Notes under the pieces: generated by a model
What the model was told of the DNA's origin: nothing
Seen by the model: the letters and a program-made list of their open reading frames with translations, nothing else
The model's database searches: none
Position numbers and translations under genes: made by a program
DNA from: a virus
Taxonomy: Duplodnaviria > Caudoviricetes
Length of the DNA: 64,000 nt
Direction: 5' to 3' (one strand)
IMG/VR virus record: IMGVR_UViG_3300031992_000016
Location: 96,001 to 160,000 of that record
Part shown: positions 25,450-38,982 of the stretch, piece after piece
Layout of the letters: each line of letters starts with the position of its first letter
Numbering within the stretch: the first letter of the stretch is position 1

Positions 25450-28256
25450 AATGAGGTTCCTCCTATATTTTTACGTGTCGGTTTTTTCCCGCTATCTGCA
25501 TAAGTTACACCAGTTGTATAAGCATGATTATTTAATATCAAAGTTTCATCTGCTAAAGAATTGTCTTTATACGCATCAATATTATAAATATCAATATCTG
25601 ATAAAGCAGATGTTATATTGCCCCAAATTGCTTTCAAGGCTTTAGAATAATCATATAAAGCACGATTATATGTAATAATTAATTCATTGTAGTGCGTAAC
25701 CCACTGATACTGTAAAGCATGCAAACTTTCATCGGTATTCTCCCAACTTTGTGGAGAATGAATAAAAGTTTGTAATTCTCGTTTTGCGCGAATATAATTA
25801 TCATAGTAATGTTGAGTATCATCTCTATGAGTTTGGTAAATTGCTTCTTGTGTTTGACAAGAAATTTCTACCAAAACACCATTACCAGCAGTAATTTTCG
25901 TTGGAATTGATTTAAACTATGTAAATAACTAAGTCCCTCTTAAAGAATCTAAATTTAAATTAATTACACTGCCATCTTCAAACTAAAGCTAAGCGGTATA
26001 ATCAATATGGGAACCTGCGCCATATCCATAATAATAATACGTATTTTCATTTTCTTTATCTGGACCTTTTGTCACAAAAATGTGTGGATCCATTGTGGTT
26101 CCTACACTATCTAATACAAAATAAGGTATTAATATATCGCCTCGATAATATACTCCATCATGATACTATAATGTAGTATTATCTTTAATATATTCAGTTG
26201 CCTAAACTGACTAACCTGTAAAACGTGAAAATTTTAATTTATATAAACGTGAAATTGGCAACATGCAATCCAATAAATTGACTTGTGGCCCTAAGCCCCA
26301 ACGTTGAATACAAAGTTCTTCTACTGGGTTACAATAATTTACGGTATTAAAATCAGATTTTGTAATTGCGCCTACCGTTACTACTCCATTATATAAAGTA
26401 TCGTAAATGGAAGCTGGCTCCTAAACACGTCCAATAGTAATCTCTTTAATTAAAGACCCTGTTGGTAATGTTAAAGCATAATACCCAGTTGCGCCAATAG
26501 TAATATGTCGATAATCAGTAGTTATACCATCTACCCCAACGATACGTAAATTAAACATAGTGCCAGGAACACAATTTTCAATTTTTAAAGAGCCAACACC
26601 CTCATATACATTTAAACTTGGTGTTTCTACATTTTGATTTTTAAATACGTCAGTTAATGAAATAGTATAATATGTAAATGTTTGATGTACCGCGGCACTA
26701 GTAGAAGTACCATCATAAGGTGCTTTATATAACCCAAATTTAATTAAATCATTTAAATCATCAGCATTACCGCATTCACTAGCTTGTGACTAAAACGTAT
26801 GTAGCATACGTGAAACACTATCATTAGGTGTTAATGAACTATTCATTAGATATACAATATAATTGCCTTCACCTGGGCTTTTTAATAATTTTGGTTTGCC
26901 ATTACTTAACCACTATAAAGCTGTCATATTAAAGCGTCGTTCAAGTGTAAGATTTTCATCTGTAATATCTGTTTCATCTTCATGATTACCATAGCCTAGT
27001 TCTTCTCTTGAATAAAAATAGCCATCTCTATCCATGAGATAACTTAATAAACCAGATAGCTAAAATTCTTTATAATCTACAACGCCATTTCTAAAATATT
27101 TTGGATATTTAGAACCTATTGTATTTTTTTTCGATTCATTCAAAGTGCGTTTAAATGCAGTAACTTTAGGATTAAAACGTATATCTAATTGACGTTCTCC
27201 ATCCCATAAAAATAAATCTTCAAAATATGCAGTTACATCATTTGAAATAGTACGACGTGAGTAAAGACCACGACTATTATACTGTCGCACTGAATAACGA
27301 TATGTTACACCATGTTCTACCATAAAATCAGTATAAAAATACTAACCAGTAACCATATCTTCTGTTAAAGAAAAATTAAATAATTTGGTCCAACTACCAA
27401 AATTATCTTTTGAACTAGAACGTGAAAATTCATATCGTCCAGCATTTGTGTCAAAAATAGCATTATATTTAATTTTGATAAGACCATTGTCATAATCTAA
27501 AACTGCTTTTAAAGGTGCGCGAGTATCACTTGGCAATCCTGTCCCGGCAATAATAGTATACCAAGGAGAAGATATTTCCTAGAATGAATTAGTCTATACT
27601 ACATAACGTAAAAGATAGTATTCATCAACAATTAAAATTTTACCAAGAGACCAATGATCTTCACTACGCCCAGCTTCTGTATCGCCATATTCAGCATGAG
27701 GCTACCATCCACTAGATTCTATTAATTCATATGATGATGAATATAAATCAAATTTATATTGATAAACAACTTCCGTGGTATCACTATTTAAATATTCACC
27801 AGTAAATTCTTGGAAGTCATAATTATTACCAAAAGAATCTAAACCAACTATATTGACAGTAATATCATTTGTACATTTAACAATAGCAACAGTCGAATAA
27901 TATCCACAAGCGTTATCTTTATCTATAAAAGCAATTTGTATTTTATATGATTGGCCTATTGATAATCTCTGTCGCCAAGGTAATAAAGAAAATACTGCAA
28001 CTAATGAATCTTCCGCGGTACTTGTACTAGTAATTGGATATATGTTTGGCGCTTCAGTATTAACATTTAAATCTACTTCACATAAAATGGTATCAGTATT
28101 TGTTGTACGTAATCTCATACGCAAACCTGTTACTTGTGATGCCGCAACCGCACGATTCATTGAAAAAGGGACCCTTAATAAGGGTCCCTTTGAATAAATC
28201 ATTGAAGGTAAAGTACCAGCTATAACAGGCGGATAAAGCTTTGTTGTAGCCGGCAT
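25446..28256 (-). CDS. Tail-tip protein with Fn3/Ig-like and distal-tail (Dit)-like regions, 936 aa
   Basis: ATG at 28256 behind GAGGAG. Fragments ending at 27702, 27342, 27060 and 25446 share a frame, TGA stop. Motifs DFMVEHGVTYRYSV, TIGSKYP, WLSNGKPKLLKSPGEGNYIV. Confidence 0.65.
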
Positions 28257-28259
28257 CGC

Positions 28260-28649
28260 TTACTCCTCCTCATCAATTATCAATTCTAAACCTGCAACCT
28301 GTTTAGGTGTAAATTCAAATTTTTCAAAGTCCTCAGCTTTAAGTTTCTTCAAATCTACATCTACTGTAAAATCATTTAAAGCTTTTCTGGCTTCTTGACA
28401 TTCTTCAATCATGTCCTCTTTAATTTTGAAAACTCCAGGCGCAGATTCAACAAATTGCTGCGTCTCAGGATCAATCTCTAAATACTTCATTGCAAATTCA
28501 CGTTCTTGTTCAGTGAAAAATTCATTTTCCTTTTCTAATAGTTTAATATTCTTAGCAAATACTAAACTAATCTTAAAAGGTAATTTCATCTCTTGCAATT
28601 CACGTAAAGTATTAAGTAAATCCATTGTTTGAATACTATTTAAAGTCAT
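28260..28649 (-). CDS. Small acidic helical protein, DUF1617-like putative tail assembly factor, 129 aa
   Basis: ATG behind AGGAGAAAAGG, TAA stop, no TAG. KLPFKISLVFAKNIKLLEKE pattern. Confidence 0.65.
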   Translation of the reverse strand: MTLNSIQTMDLLNTLRELQEMKLPFKISLVFAKNIKLLEKENEFFTEQEREFAMKYLEIDPETQQFVESAPGVFKIKEDMIEECQEARKALNDFTVDVDLKKLKAEDFEKFEFTPKQVAGLELIIDEEE

Positions 28650-28679
28650 ATCCTTTTCCTCCTAAAAGTAGTTATAATA

Positions 28680-31600
28680 TTAACCTGCTGCTTCTGCTAT
28701 ACCATTAATTGAACCATTACATGTTCCATGTTCTGGGACAGAAACTGAACATGCACCACTAACATGATGCGCATGTGATTTATTTGCTTTGTTACTAATA
28801 TCGCTTTCAGTTTTAGTAACTCGTGTTTCAAGCGATGTTACACCTGATTTTATTTCTTGTGCAGTTTGAGCCGCGCTGTCTGCGGTTGATTTACTATCTT
28901 GCATCATGCTCCAGATGTCATTTTTAGTATGCTCTCCATCAAATGATAAACCTTTGCCTATAATTTCATTTAATCCCTCTGGACCACCGGCAAGTGCCTA
29001 AATGACTTTTGTTAGATTACCCATACTACCATTTATTTTACTTGCCAATGATGAAATTTGTCCCGCTAAATCAGCCAATTTTTGATTAACATAATTTAAT
29101 GATGCATAAATGCCATCTGGTCCATAACAACCTAAACCAGCATAAACTTTCTAAGTAGCATTAACCCACTATGCTGCTAAATTCCACTTATATAATAAAC
29201 CATAAATTTCAGTTGAATAATTAATTAAATTACTAGTTGGTGTTAAAATGATATGCTATTTACGAGTTTCTTCACTATCACTCGCTGTTTCAGCATAAGA
29301 AATAACATTACCTTCATTATCGACATATTCTTTCCATCCTGCTACGGCAGAAAAACCTAAATATTGATGGTCATGAGAAAGATTATGCGCTTTCATATAT
29401 GAATTGTCAGTATTTAAAATAAAACGTAATTCAGAACCATATAATACATAATTACCAGAAACAATCTTATCAGCATCAGTTAAAGTTATTTCAACACCTT
29501 CCGCGGTCGTACCAAGCCCTTGCTCTGTATCCCATGTTGTTGGTAACTATGTGCGACCTAAAATTGCCATTAATACATCATTCTCAGAATAATCATATGT
29601 ATGACTATCAAAACCATTACCTACTTGCTAACGAATTAAACCAGCTGTAACTTTTGTAGTTCCACTACTATCTGAGGAATATGTCGTACCACTGTAACTA
29701 CTTGGACCCAACGTTACTGCGCTTTTTTGATTCCATGTAATATATTCAAATGGTCCGCTATAGTCCTGACTTGAAATTTTAAATCCGACCAATTCAATTT
29801 CACCATTATCATCATATACACCAATAGATACTCTATTTTGTTTACCATCTAATACCACATTATTATGATAAAGATTAATAGTACCAGATTGACCATTTAA
29901 TTCAATAGCAGGATAATAATTCGTATCATAAATAGTTTCGCCCCATTCATCTTTTGCAGGCACCATTACTGGCTAATCATTTTCATCTACCATAGGCTGA
30001 TTATTATCATCAACAGCCTATACCATATGCACTTCACGTTTCATACATTCGCCTAAACGAATTGTACCTTTTGTACCGTCAATTGCTATGTTATATCCAC
30101 CGGTCTATACATAAGTCGGTCCATTAACATGTGGTTCAATATCAACGACATACGACTCTAATAAACCATTATGATAATACTCAAGAGGAATTTGTGTAGC
30201 ATATACAATGTGTCCAGTTTCAGCATGTATCTCATATGGAATATCTGGTAAATCAATACGCCGAAGCATACGATCGGCATAATGAAGAGTTGGATCATAA
30301 TAAAATCCCATACGCGCAAATGTATTTTCTGCTCCACCAGCACCACTTTCTAACAAAATAGATTTATTAAGTAAAGCAAAATAAGGGTATTTAACGCCTG
30401 CGCTGCCGTTAATCATGCCTACATCTAATTCTGCAACAAATGAATTAGATTCTGTACGAATATATTGTCCTAAAGAATTCTTTTTACGACGACCAGTTTC
30501 ATCATAAACATAATCCTACAATCTTATTGTACTGTATAATTTTGTATCTGTAAAACCCCAGCCACCAATAGTACCACTTTCAGCATATAAATCACCGTTA
30601 TAATCTACACTAAAAGTGCCTCGATTCTATTTAGACATTGGTTGTCCTGCTGGACCACTCCAAATATAATAATTACCTACATCATCTGCATTATTTAAAC
30701 TACTACTTGAATTTAAAGAAGCATAAACTAAATCAATTTCTTTTTCATGTTCTTTTAAATTGATAATTTCTCCATTATTTATATAAATAAACTTATATCT
30801 GTATTGCTCAATATAACCATCAGTATATAATATTTTATGTAAAGGAATCATTGTATTTAAATAATAGAAAATATTTGTTAAATTTTCTGGCTAGACCCAT
30901 CTGCCTTCTTCTACTTGTACTTGCGCAACATCATCTCTAAATAGTAGATAATTAGATTTTATTTCACCCTCAGCCTAGTGTGTTGCAATGGCAGGGAAGA
31001 AATGCTCTAATAATGTTGGTATTTCAGGATATTCATTTCGTAATATAATTAATAAATATTTATGAACATACTATAAAATTGACTCATATGTAATACCAAT
31101 CTAAATACCACTAGTTAAAACTTGCGTCGTAGATCCATCTTGTAATGTAATAGAAGAAGTTAATAATTTATTAATTTCTGTTAATAAACTATGATCCTCA
31201 CAAATCATGCCAAATTTACTTAAATTATCAGGCGCTAAATAGATTTCTTTAATAAGATATAAATATAATTCTTCGGCAAATTCTCTATTAGTAGAAGTCT
31301 TATTTCCAACTCCTAGATATATTTTACTATTATTTTTTTTCTTTGTCAAGCCTGCGTCAGTAATCTACCAGCCGCCGATATCACCCCAACCAGCACGAAT
31401 ACCGCCGCTCATAAATACACCACGATGTGGATCAACAGCGAATACATCTTTAGTTTCTGCTATTGACAATAAATCATTCCAATTTACATTCGCTGCATTT
31501 ATGTCGCTCTTTTCACTTTCAGTGTATAAAAAATAAGGGCTATATCCTTTTGATTTAATATCATATAAATTATCAGTAATTATATCAGTCTTTTTAGGAT

Positions 31601-34600
31601 TTAAATTAATATAAGACGTCATGTTAGCGTTGCTAATAATGCCAGCATGCTTATTAATATAAATACGTCCTGCGCCAGCAGCACCAAAAAATGCTTCACC
31701 GCTAGTTAATAATCCATATGTTTGTGCGCCAGCCTTAAAACCATAAATACCAGGAGTATCAATACTACCATCGTTAATATCACTAGACCAATCACCCATC
31801 AACATACCAGTAAAGGCATTATTTGAATCTTTAGAGCCAACGACAATACGTTTAGACAAAGATGTATTGTTATTATTATCAATGGTAATTTCTGTACCGC
31901 CCCAAGCATTTACTAATGAAGAACAATAAACTTGCCGTTCAAATACAATTGCTTGAGTAACCCAAGTACCATCACGCAATTTTACACTTAAATAAGCGTG
32001 TGCATCTCGTAATTTGTCTTCCCACTAAGTATTTTCACCATCTACTAATAATAAAGAATAGGTAGTGCCCAATTCAGAATCATTAGCTTTAATGCGAATC
32101 CAATTATCTACATTTAAAGCATTCTCATAACTGCCAGTATCTAAATTTATAAAATAATTAGTACCGATATTATTTACGATCATACCAACGCTTGTATTTA
32201 AAGCATCTGCAATACTATCTGCATCGCGATATTTGAAAGTTAAAGACCATACTGGAGCCATATCTAAAGTGACAGGAATATAACCTGTTTTCAATGATGC
32301 TTGATATTCATCAACAATTGCTTCTTTTACTTCACACTCATGATCAATCAATGCACGTTGTTCAGTTACATAATTAAATCTTTGATCATTTTCTTCTGGT
32401 ATTAACTCCGCATTTGCATCAATAACAGCATAACGCTAACGCCGCCATGTCCAATTTGCATATTCTAAAGATGGATCAAATTCAGTGGCATATTCTGCGT
32501 CAGGCAAACGAATTGCTCTACGCAATTCAATTAAATTAGTAATAAACCCACGTGCATCATAAATAATTTGCTTACCAATAGATGCCGCCATCTCTTCTAT
32601 ATTAATATAAATATATCTATTATTATGATCTACAACTTCAAATGCACTTTTATCATAAGCTGGATTTGTACCAGATGAATTAAAAGCGATACGATTTGGA
32701 CAAGAAATACTATAACTATTCACCTATAAATTATCTAATGCATCTACTGCTTTCCATACCTAAAATGGTACAGAATAATATAAGCTATAATTTTCTAATC
32801 CATCAACTCGCAATGTAATAATAGGCGGTACAATTGGCTAATCTACTGTAAAGAAGTCCATTGATAATGGCTAAATATATAAAACACCAGAAGCATCAAT
32901 ATTAATCATATAATAATTGTCTTCTGTATTAGCATTTAAACCAGAATTTAAATACCAATAAATCTAACACTTTGCACGTTCTTCATCAGATAGCGGTAAT
33001 CCATTTTTCTTTCTGATATTAGCAATTAAATCATAATAATAAGTACCTAACGAATCTTCTGCAGTGCCTTCTAAAGTAATCATATGATATTTATCTAATT
33101 TTAAAATTGGCGCATTAGTTAATTCATTACTATGATCTCTTACCATAATAGAGATATTATAATTACTACCCATCGTACTGGCATTACCAAAATGGAATTC
33201 GCGTTCGGCTATATAATTAACATTCCCATAATTGATATTTAATGCTAATCTATCTATTGGTCGCGCACTACTTAAAGAATACGAATCTTTAATTCTAAAC
33301 TCTAATACAAATACTGTAGTTTCAGGCGCAAAATGAAATCCAAAACGTTCATTCACTTGCTCAGTAGTCATACGATGTAAATAATTAAACATCGTTGGTG
33401 AATCAGGATTAACTTCATTCGCAGTAATATCCATATTCCAACTGATTGCATACGCTGCCGTTAAGTCATCAGCAATTTGCTAACGTACTGATGCAGTTAA
33501 TTGTGTAATTAATTCTTCTTTCCCCAATGTAGCATAAGCATCATCAAATGAAGTAATATTTAAATAAGCAGCTATAACTTTTTTATCCCAATCGTTTAAA
33601 TAGCCTTGTGCTACTTCATCTGTTATTGTTGGATCATATGCTTTTAATTTTTCTAAGTAACTTGATTCTGTTGCAATTGCTTCACGAATAGGCTAATTAT
33701 ATTGTACAATACTATAATTAGCTTCTTCTTCAGAATCATCAGACCGCATCATCAAAAACGCATAATATGTAACGCTGTCATATGGGATTCCATCTGGATT
33801 TTCTATTGCGTGCCCGCGTTCATCAAAAACAAAAAATTCAGATATACTATCATCAGCTATAAATGATCCACCAAATAAATTTTCTGATGGTACTTTTTCA
33901 TTTAAACTTTCGTATCGTGGTCTTACTAATTGTACTTTAAATTTAGAATTTATGTCAGAAAATTGTTCTACTAAGTAATCAGTAGATTGATTTGTAAAAG
34001 TAACTTCATTACTAGTAATAAAAGTATTATCATATGAAGCAATCGCTTTAAATGTTTGTTTTGATTTTTTAGGATTTAAATCGACTTCTGCCAATGTAAA
34101 TAATTCTTCTGGTTCATCTAATACATATTTAGCTGGTTCATTAGTTTGTTCTTCAACAGTATAAATTTCTGATAAATACTAAAATTCTACTGCATTTAAT
34201 GGTATAGCAGTATTACGATCTGCAGTGAATGGTAATGTATCGCTTTCAATTAATACTAATTCATTACTATCGTTTCGTGTTACTAATTGATAATCAACTA
34301 AATTAATCCAATAGCCGTAAGGGTTATTGTTATCCAATTTATCAGCAAAGTCTTGTATCTCTACTGCATTACCAAAATTTAACGTCCAACCTGCTATTTC
34401 ATCATTCCAAGGCTATAAAATAGTCGGCGCATTACCAGTTCCGCCAGAAGTCAATGGTATATAATAATAAGCACCTACTTTTGGTTGTACAGAATGATCA
34501 AAACCATACATATTAGTTAATGTATAAATCATTGAATCAAACTTCCAATAAGTAGGTAAATAACCAGGAGCTTCCACCGTAGAATCGTCACATTCAAAAA

Positions 34601-35633
34601 TTGTCTGACCTAATTTAAATTGATATAATGGATGCAATACCCAAGCATCAATATCTTTTACTGGATCAACTATATGCTCCTATCGTTCTATATGGCCAAT
34701 ATACTATACAACTGGCGCCCATTTTTCATTATCATTAATTAAAATTGATTTTAATTGTGCATAAGTCACAACTTTTGTAGCAGTTTTATCAATACTACCA
34801 TCAGGTCGTATCGTATCATTTAATGGTTCCCATCCTAACCCAGCCTATTTATCAATAGTGCCGGTATAATCGGTATTTTTTCTGAACCATTTAATTTTAT
34901 AACGCTAATTTAATAAATCTTTATATTGATTAATTAAATTATATAAATCTTCCTACTACTAAATAGTTGTAATATCATCAAATAAATTCTCTGGATCATA
35001 TAACATCTAATTAAAAATGTCTTTAAAAGCATTGCCATCCGCCCAATCTTCTTCAGTCATATCATCAAATAAAGTTAAACCATATTGATTATATAGGGCT
35101 TCCATACGATTATATAAATAAGTTAAATAATTCTTATTAACTAAAATGCGCTCAGTGCGCTAAACTGCTTGAGCTTCTATTAATAATGCTTCTTCCATCA
35201 TACGAGTTAGCTCTTGCAATTCATATGTTATTGCTTCTAAGCGAGCGATATAAGCTGCTAATTGTTCATTTGCATCTTCAATTTCTTCTTCTACATCTTG
35301 TCGTATTGCAGTAATGAAATCATTAAGCATTTGCGTACAATTCTTTTTAAATTCTTCTTCTATATAAGTATATACATCTTTATCCTGTTGTTTAGCTTCT
35401 TCTTCTAAAACTTCACGCTCTTTGCCTTTTGTTCTATCATAAATAACATATGCAGCATAACGAGCCGCTTGCTCTTTTGCTTCACGTATTGCACGATCGC
35501 GCGCCAAAGCCTAAGCAGACAATGACACTGACGAATAAATAGTTTTTGCAGTTTTTTCAAAAGCGGTAGTATTAATACTTAAACCACCGCCACCAGCTTC
35601 TAACGGTACAGTAACAAAACTCAATAATCTCAC
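28680..35633 (-). CDS. Large tail-tip / central spike-like protein, about 2317 aa
   Basis: Twelve track fragments (35160 to 28680) share one frame, including three consecutive TAGs at 34953-34961, TAA stop at 28680. Probable GTG start overlaps the upstream TGA, with a weak SD. Gly-rich beta-helix-like segments (GIYGFKAGAQTYGLLTSGEAFFG, GDIGGW, SGTIGGW), then a coiled coil and C-terminal HAHH. Confidence 0.7.
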
Positions 35634-38600
35634 CCCAATCTAGAGATGTCCCAAGACAACTTAATTTTTGCAGGTTGCCAAGCACTAAAAGTAAAATGTC
35701 GTTCTTCTTTTATTGGTTTTTGCATATACTCTGCTGCTTTTTGTCGTACTAATTCAGCAGCCAACTATTCTTGCATTTTACCATACTAATAAAAATCACG
35801 TGAGGTCGGTTTTTTTACTGTTGTCGTTGTAGTTTCATTCCCATCTGGATCAGTAGTAGTAACGGTAGTTGTGCTTTGTTGTTGCAATTTTTTTTCTTGT
35901 AATGCTATCTAATAATAGCAATATAATATCTATCGAATTAAAGTATTTACTAAAGAATCGCCTGTTCCAGTAATCATATAACCAGAAGCTACTGATGCGT
36001 GCTCTGCATCTTTGATAATTGATTTTCCTGGACATAAAGCATATAATCTTAAAAAATGTAAATGCGCCGTACTATCAGGGTTAATTACCATATTAGGAGA
36101 AGTTTCATAAGAGCGCATTAAATAAGGATTTGCAATTTTATTACAAAAAACATCATCAGTAGCAAACATGTCTTCTGTAAAAATAATTTCGTCTTCAAAC
36201 TACATTAATTCATTAACAACCGCAGTGGATAAAATATCTAAATTATATTTTAATAATAAAGGATTATTAGTCTAATCAATCATAATTAACTGTTGTAATT
36301 TATCACTTAATTTTGAACGAGCTTCATCAATTTCTCTTTGTGTATATAATGTGATATTATTTAATACACTTAAATCAGCAATTGAGTCAATAGTTGCTAA
36401 CTAATTTTCTAAGCTCGCTAATTTAGCATTTAAAGCATCAACCGCAACAGTTATATTGTCTTGCTCTTCTGTTAATTCATTTTGTCTTGCGGTAATTTTT
36501 TCACGTTCTAACTAAATTGCTCTACGTTCATAAATAAGCCATCTATTTACAACGTCAATAATAACTTTTTGTTTATTCGCGCGCGTAGCATCAAATGGAG
36601 TATTATATAACTCACGATAGCCTTCAATTAAAGCACTTAAATCTTTTTCATCATCACGGCTATAAAATAATGCACGTTCAGTTGGCTATAATTCAATTAA
36701 TGTTTGCGTTTCAGCATCCATCTCCCAAGAAGGGTAAATATAAATACCGTTATTTACATCTGCTTTTACCCAAATAGCTTTTAAGTTACGAGTTTCAACT
36801 TGGTCTCTTAATTCTGCCCCACCTAAGCCATATTCAAGAGGTTCTTCAGTATATAAAATTAATTTTCCTTCTGCTAATTCCTAAACTGCAAAACCTAAAC
36901 CTAAATATGGATTATGTAATGCTAATGTCTCTGGTACCGCAGCCTCGCAGCCTTCAATTAAGTCATCATAAGATTCATTACTTCTGACATATAAAATTGT
37001 TTCATCTACTCCAGGTAAAGCATATTTATATTCTACTGTCATATTGCCTTCGGCAGACCATCCAGGAATTAAATTATTTGCTAAATCATAACTATCAAAA
37101 TTCTAAAAAACAAATAATGTAATTTTACTAATTGAAATATAGTCTTCAATATTTAATAATTTCTATTGAGAGTATGGAATAGTATAAGCATAACTATTAC
37201 CAATAAATTCCGCATTTGTAAATTCGTCATCAAAAATAATATTATTTTCTTCATTAATAATGCCATATTCATTAGAACCGGTATCAATCAAATGAGCATC
37301 TAATTTACGCCATAAATCATCATAATGAATATCTAAACGAGTTAAAGCTAACTATTTATTATATTCATCATTGGCATATTGTTCTGTAATCGCCGCAACG
37401 TCAGCCGCATATTGTGCTTCTAATGCAGCTTTACGTTTATTATATTCATCCGCAGTGTAAGTGCTTGTAGAAGATTCTTCATCAGTTGTTTTTTTAACGC
37501 CTTCGACCACAATTTTTACACCATAAGTACCTTTTAATCCAGGATATTGATTTAAGAATGATTCTACATCTATCTATAAACCAGCTTTAGTAAAACCTTC
37601 TATTGTTGCCGCGCCATTAGCAGGAACAAAAGAACATAATTTAGTAAATAATTTACTGTAATGACCAGTTAAAACATCATAAAATTTTCTATTAGCCCAA
37701 AATTTATATGATACTTCTGGTCCGCCGCAAATAGGTGTTATACGATATTCATTATAAATCTATTCTAAAGTACGTGTTTTTGCATATTTGGCTTTAAATT
37801 GTAGCCAAGCCTAAATGATATTATCACGTACTTCATCACTTACTCCTTCTGTTGTGACCATAGCAAGCATATCTGGATAAGCTAAGTCTCTCGTTAATTT
37901 TTTCCAATCAAACACTTTAGTATTTAATGATTCCCATTTAGAAGTTAAATTTGTAATAAAATTATTAATGCTAGCATACTAATGTGCAGCATTTTTAATT
38001 GTATGTAATGTGCCATTTTCTAAATAGTTATAATCAGCATTATCATCTATATTCGTTGTATCAGAAAATTTTGCATATTCTTGTTGATAGTATGCGGATA
38101 ATCTAGCATTATCTTCCTATAACCAAGCAATACATTGCTCGCGAGTGTTTTCTGTATAAGCCGGATCGGCTTCAATTGCACGTCCAACTTGCGCGACCAA
38201 TATTTGTAATTCTGATAACGTATAATATGGTGCATGATTCTAACTCAAATTATTAACAGCATTAGTTAAAGCAGCATATTCGTGGTGTATGCAATCATAA
38301 ATCGTATTCACATTATCAAAAGCGATAAAATTATTCATACGCTATTGAATAATAGCAATTTTTTCTTCACGCATAGTTTCGATTATACGAGTACATTCAT
38401 ATGGAGTTATACCCCATACATATTCTTTATCTTGATTCTACTCATAACGATGCTATTTTTTTAATTCAATATCTTCTTCTGCGTTGCCTAAAGCCGCTAA
38501 ATCAGCAATATAAACAGGAACACAACCAGTTAATAAGCTATATAAATCTTCAACCTCAAGCGCAGCAACCTAAACGAAATCATCAAAAGGCCATTTAAAA

Positions 38601-38899
38601 TTATACGCCGCACTGCTACCTGTCATTAAACGACTTACAATGCGTTTCTAATTGTCCCAATTATTCTATGGAACTAAAACTTGTACCTATTCGCCCGCGA
38701 AAAATGACTATTCTGAGTATGCTTCAAAACGAGTATTTTCATATTCACAAGTGTAAATATTTTTATCCTCTTCCGAACGCGAAATGATAGTACAAGGCGA
38801 ATAAGTTTTATCAAATTTTAAATCACTTAATGCTTTTTTAGTCAATAAATCAACTGCACTTAAAACGCCATTTGCAACACTATCATTAAAATTAGCCAT
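35630..38899 (-). CDS. Tail protein after the tape measure, OB-fold-like N-terminus, 1089 aa (almost invisible in ORF track)
   Basis: ATG at 38899 behind AAAGGAG. Hand translation of most of the frame shows only TAG interruptions until TGA at 35630. N-terminus LKFDKTYSPCTII...YTCEYENTRFEAYS...GEQVQVLVP. Confidence 0.75.
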
Positions 38900-38941
38900 A
38901 TCTTCACACTCCTTTTACTCTATAACTCTATAACATAATGT

Positions 38942-38976
38942 AAAAAGGGCCGGATTCTTTAATAGAATCCGGCCCT
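38942..38976 (-). terminator. Rho-independent terminator after the tape measure gene
   Basis: Stem AGGGCCGGATTCT / AGAATCCGGCCCT followed by a T tract on the minus strand. Confidence 0.8.
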
Positions 38977-38982
38977 ATATTT

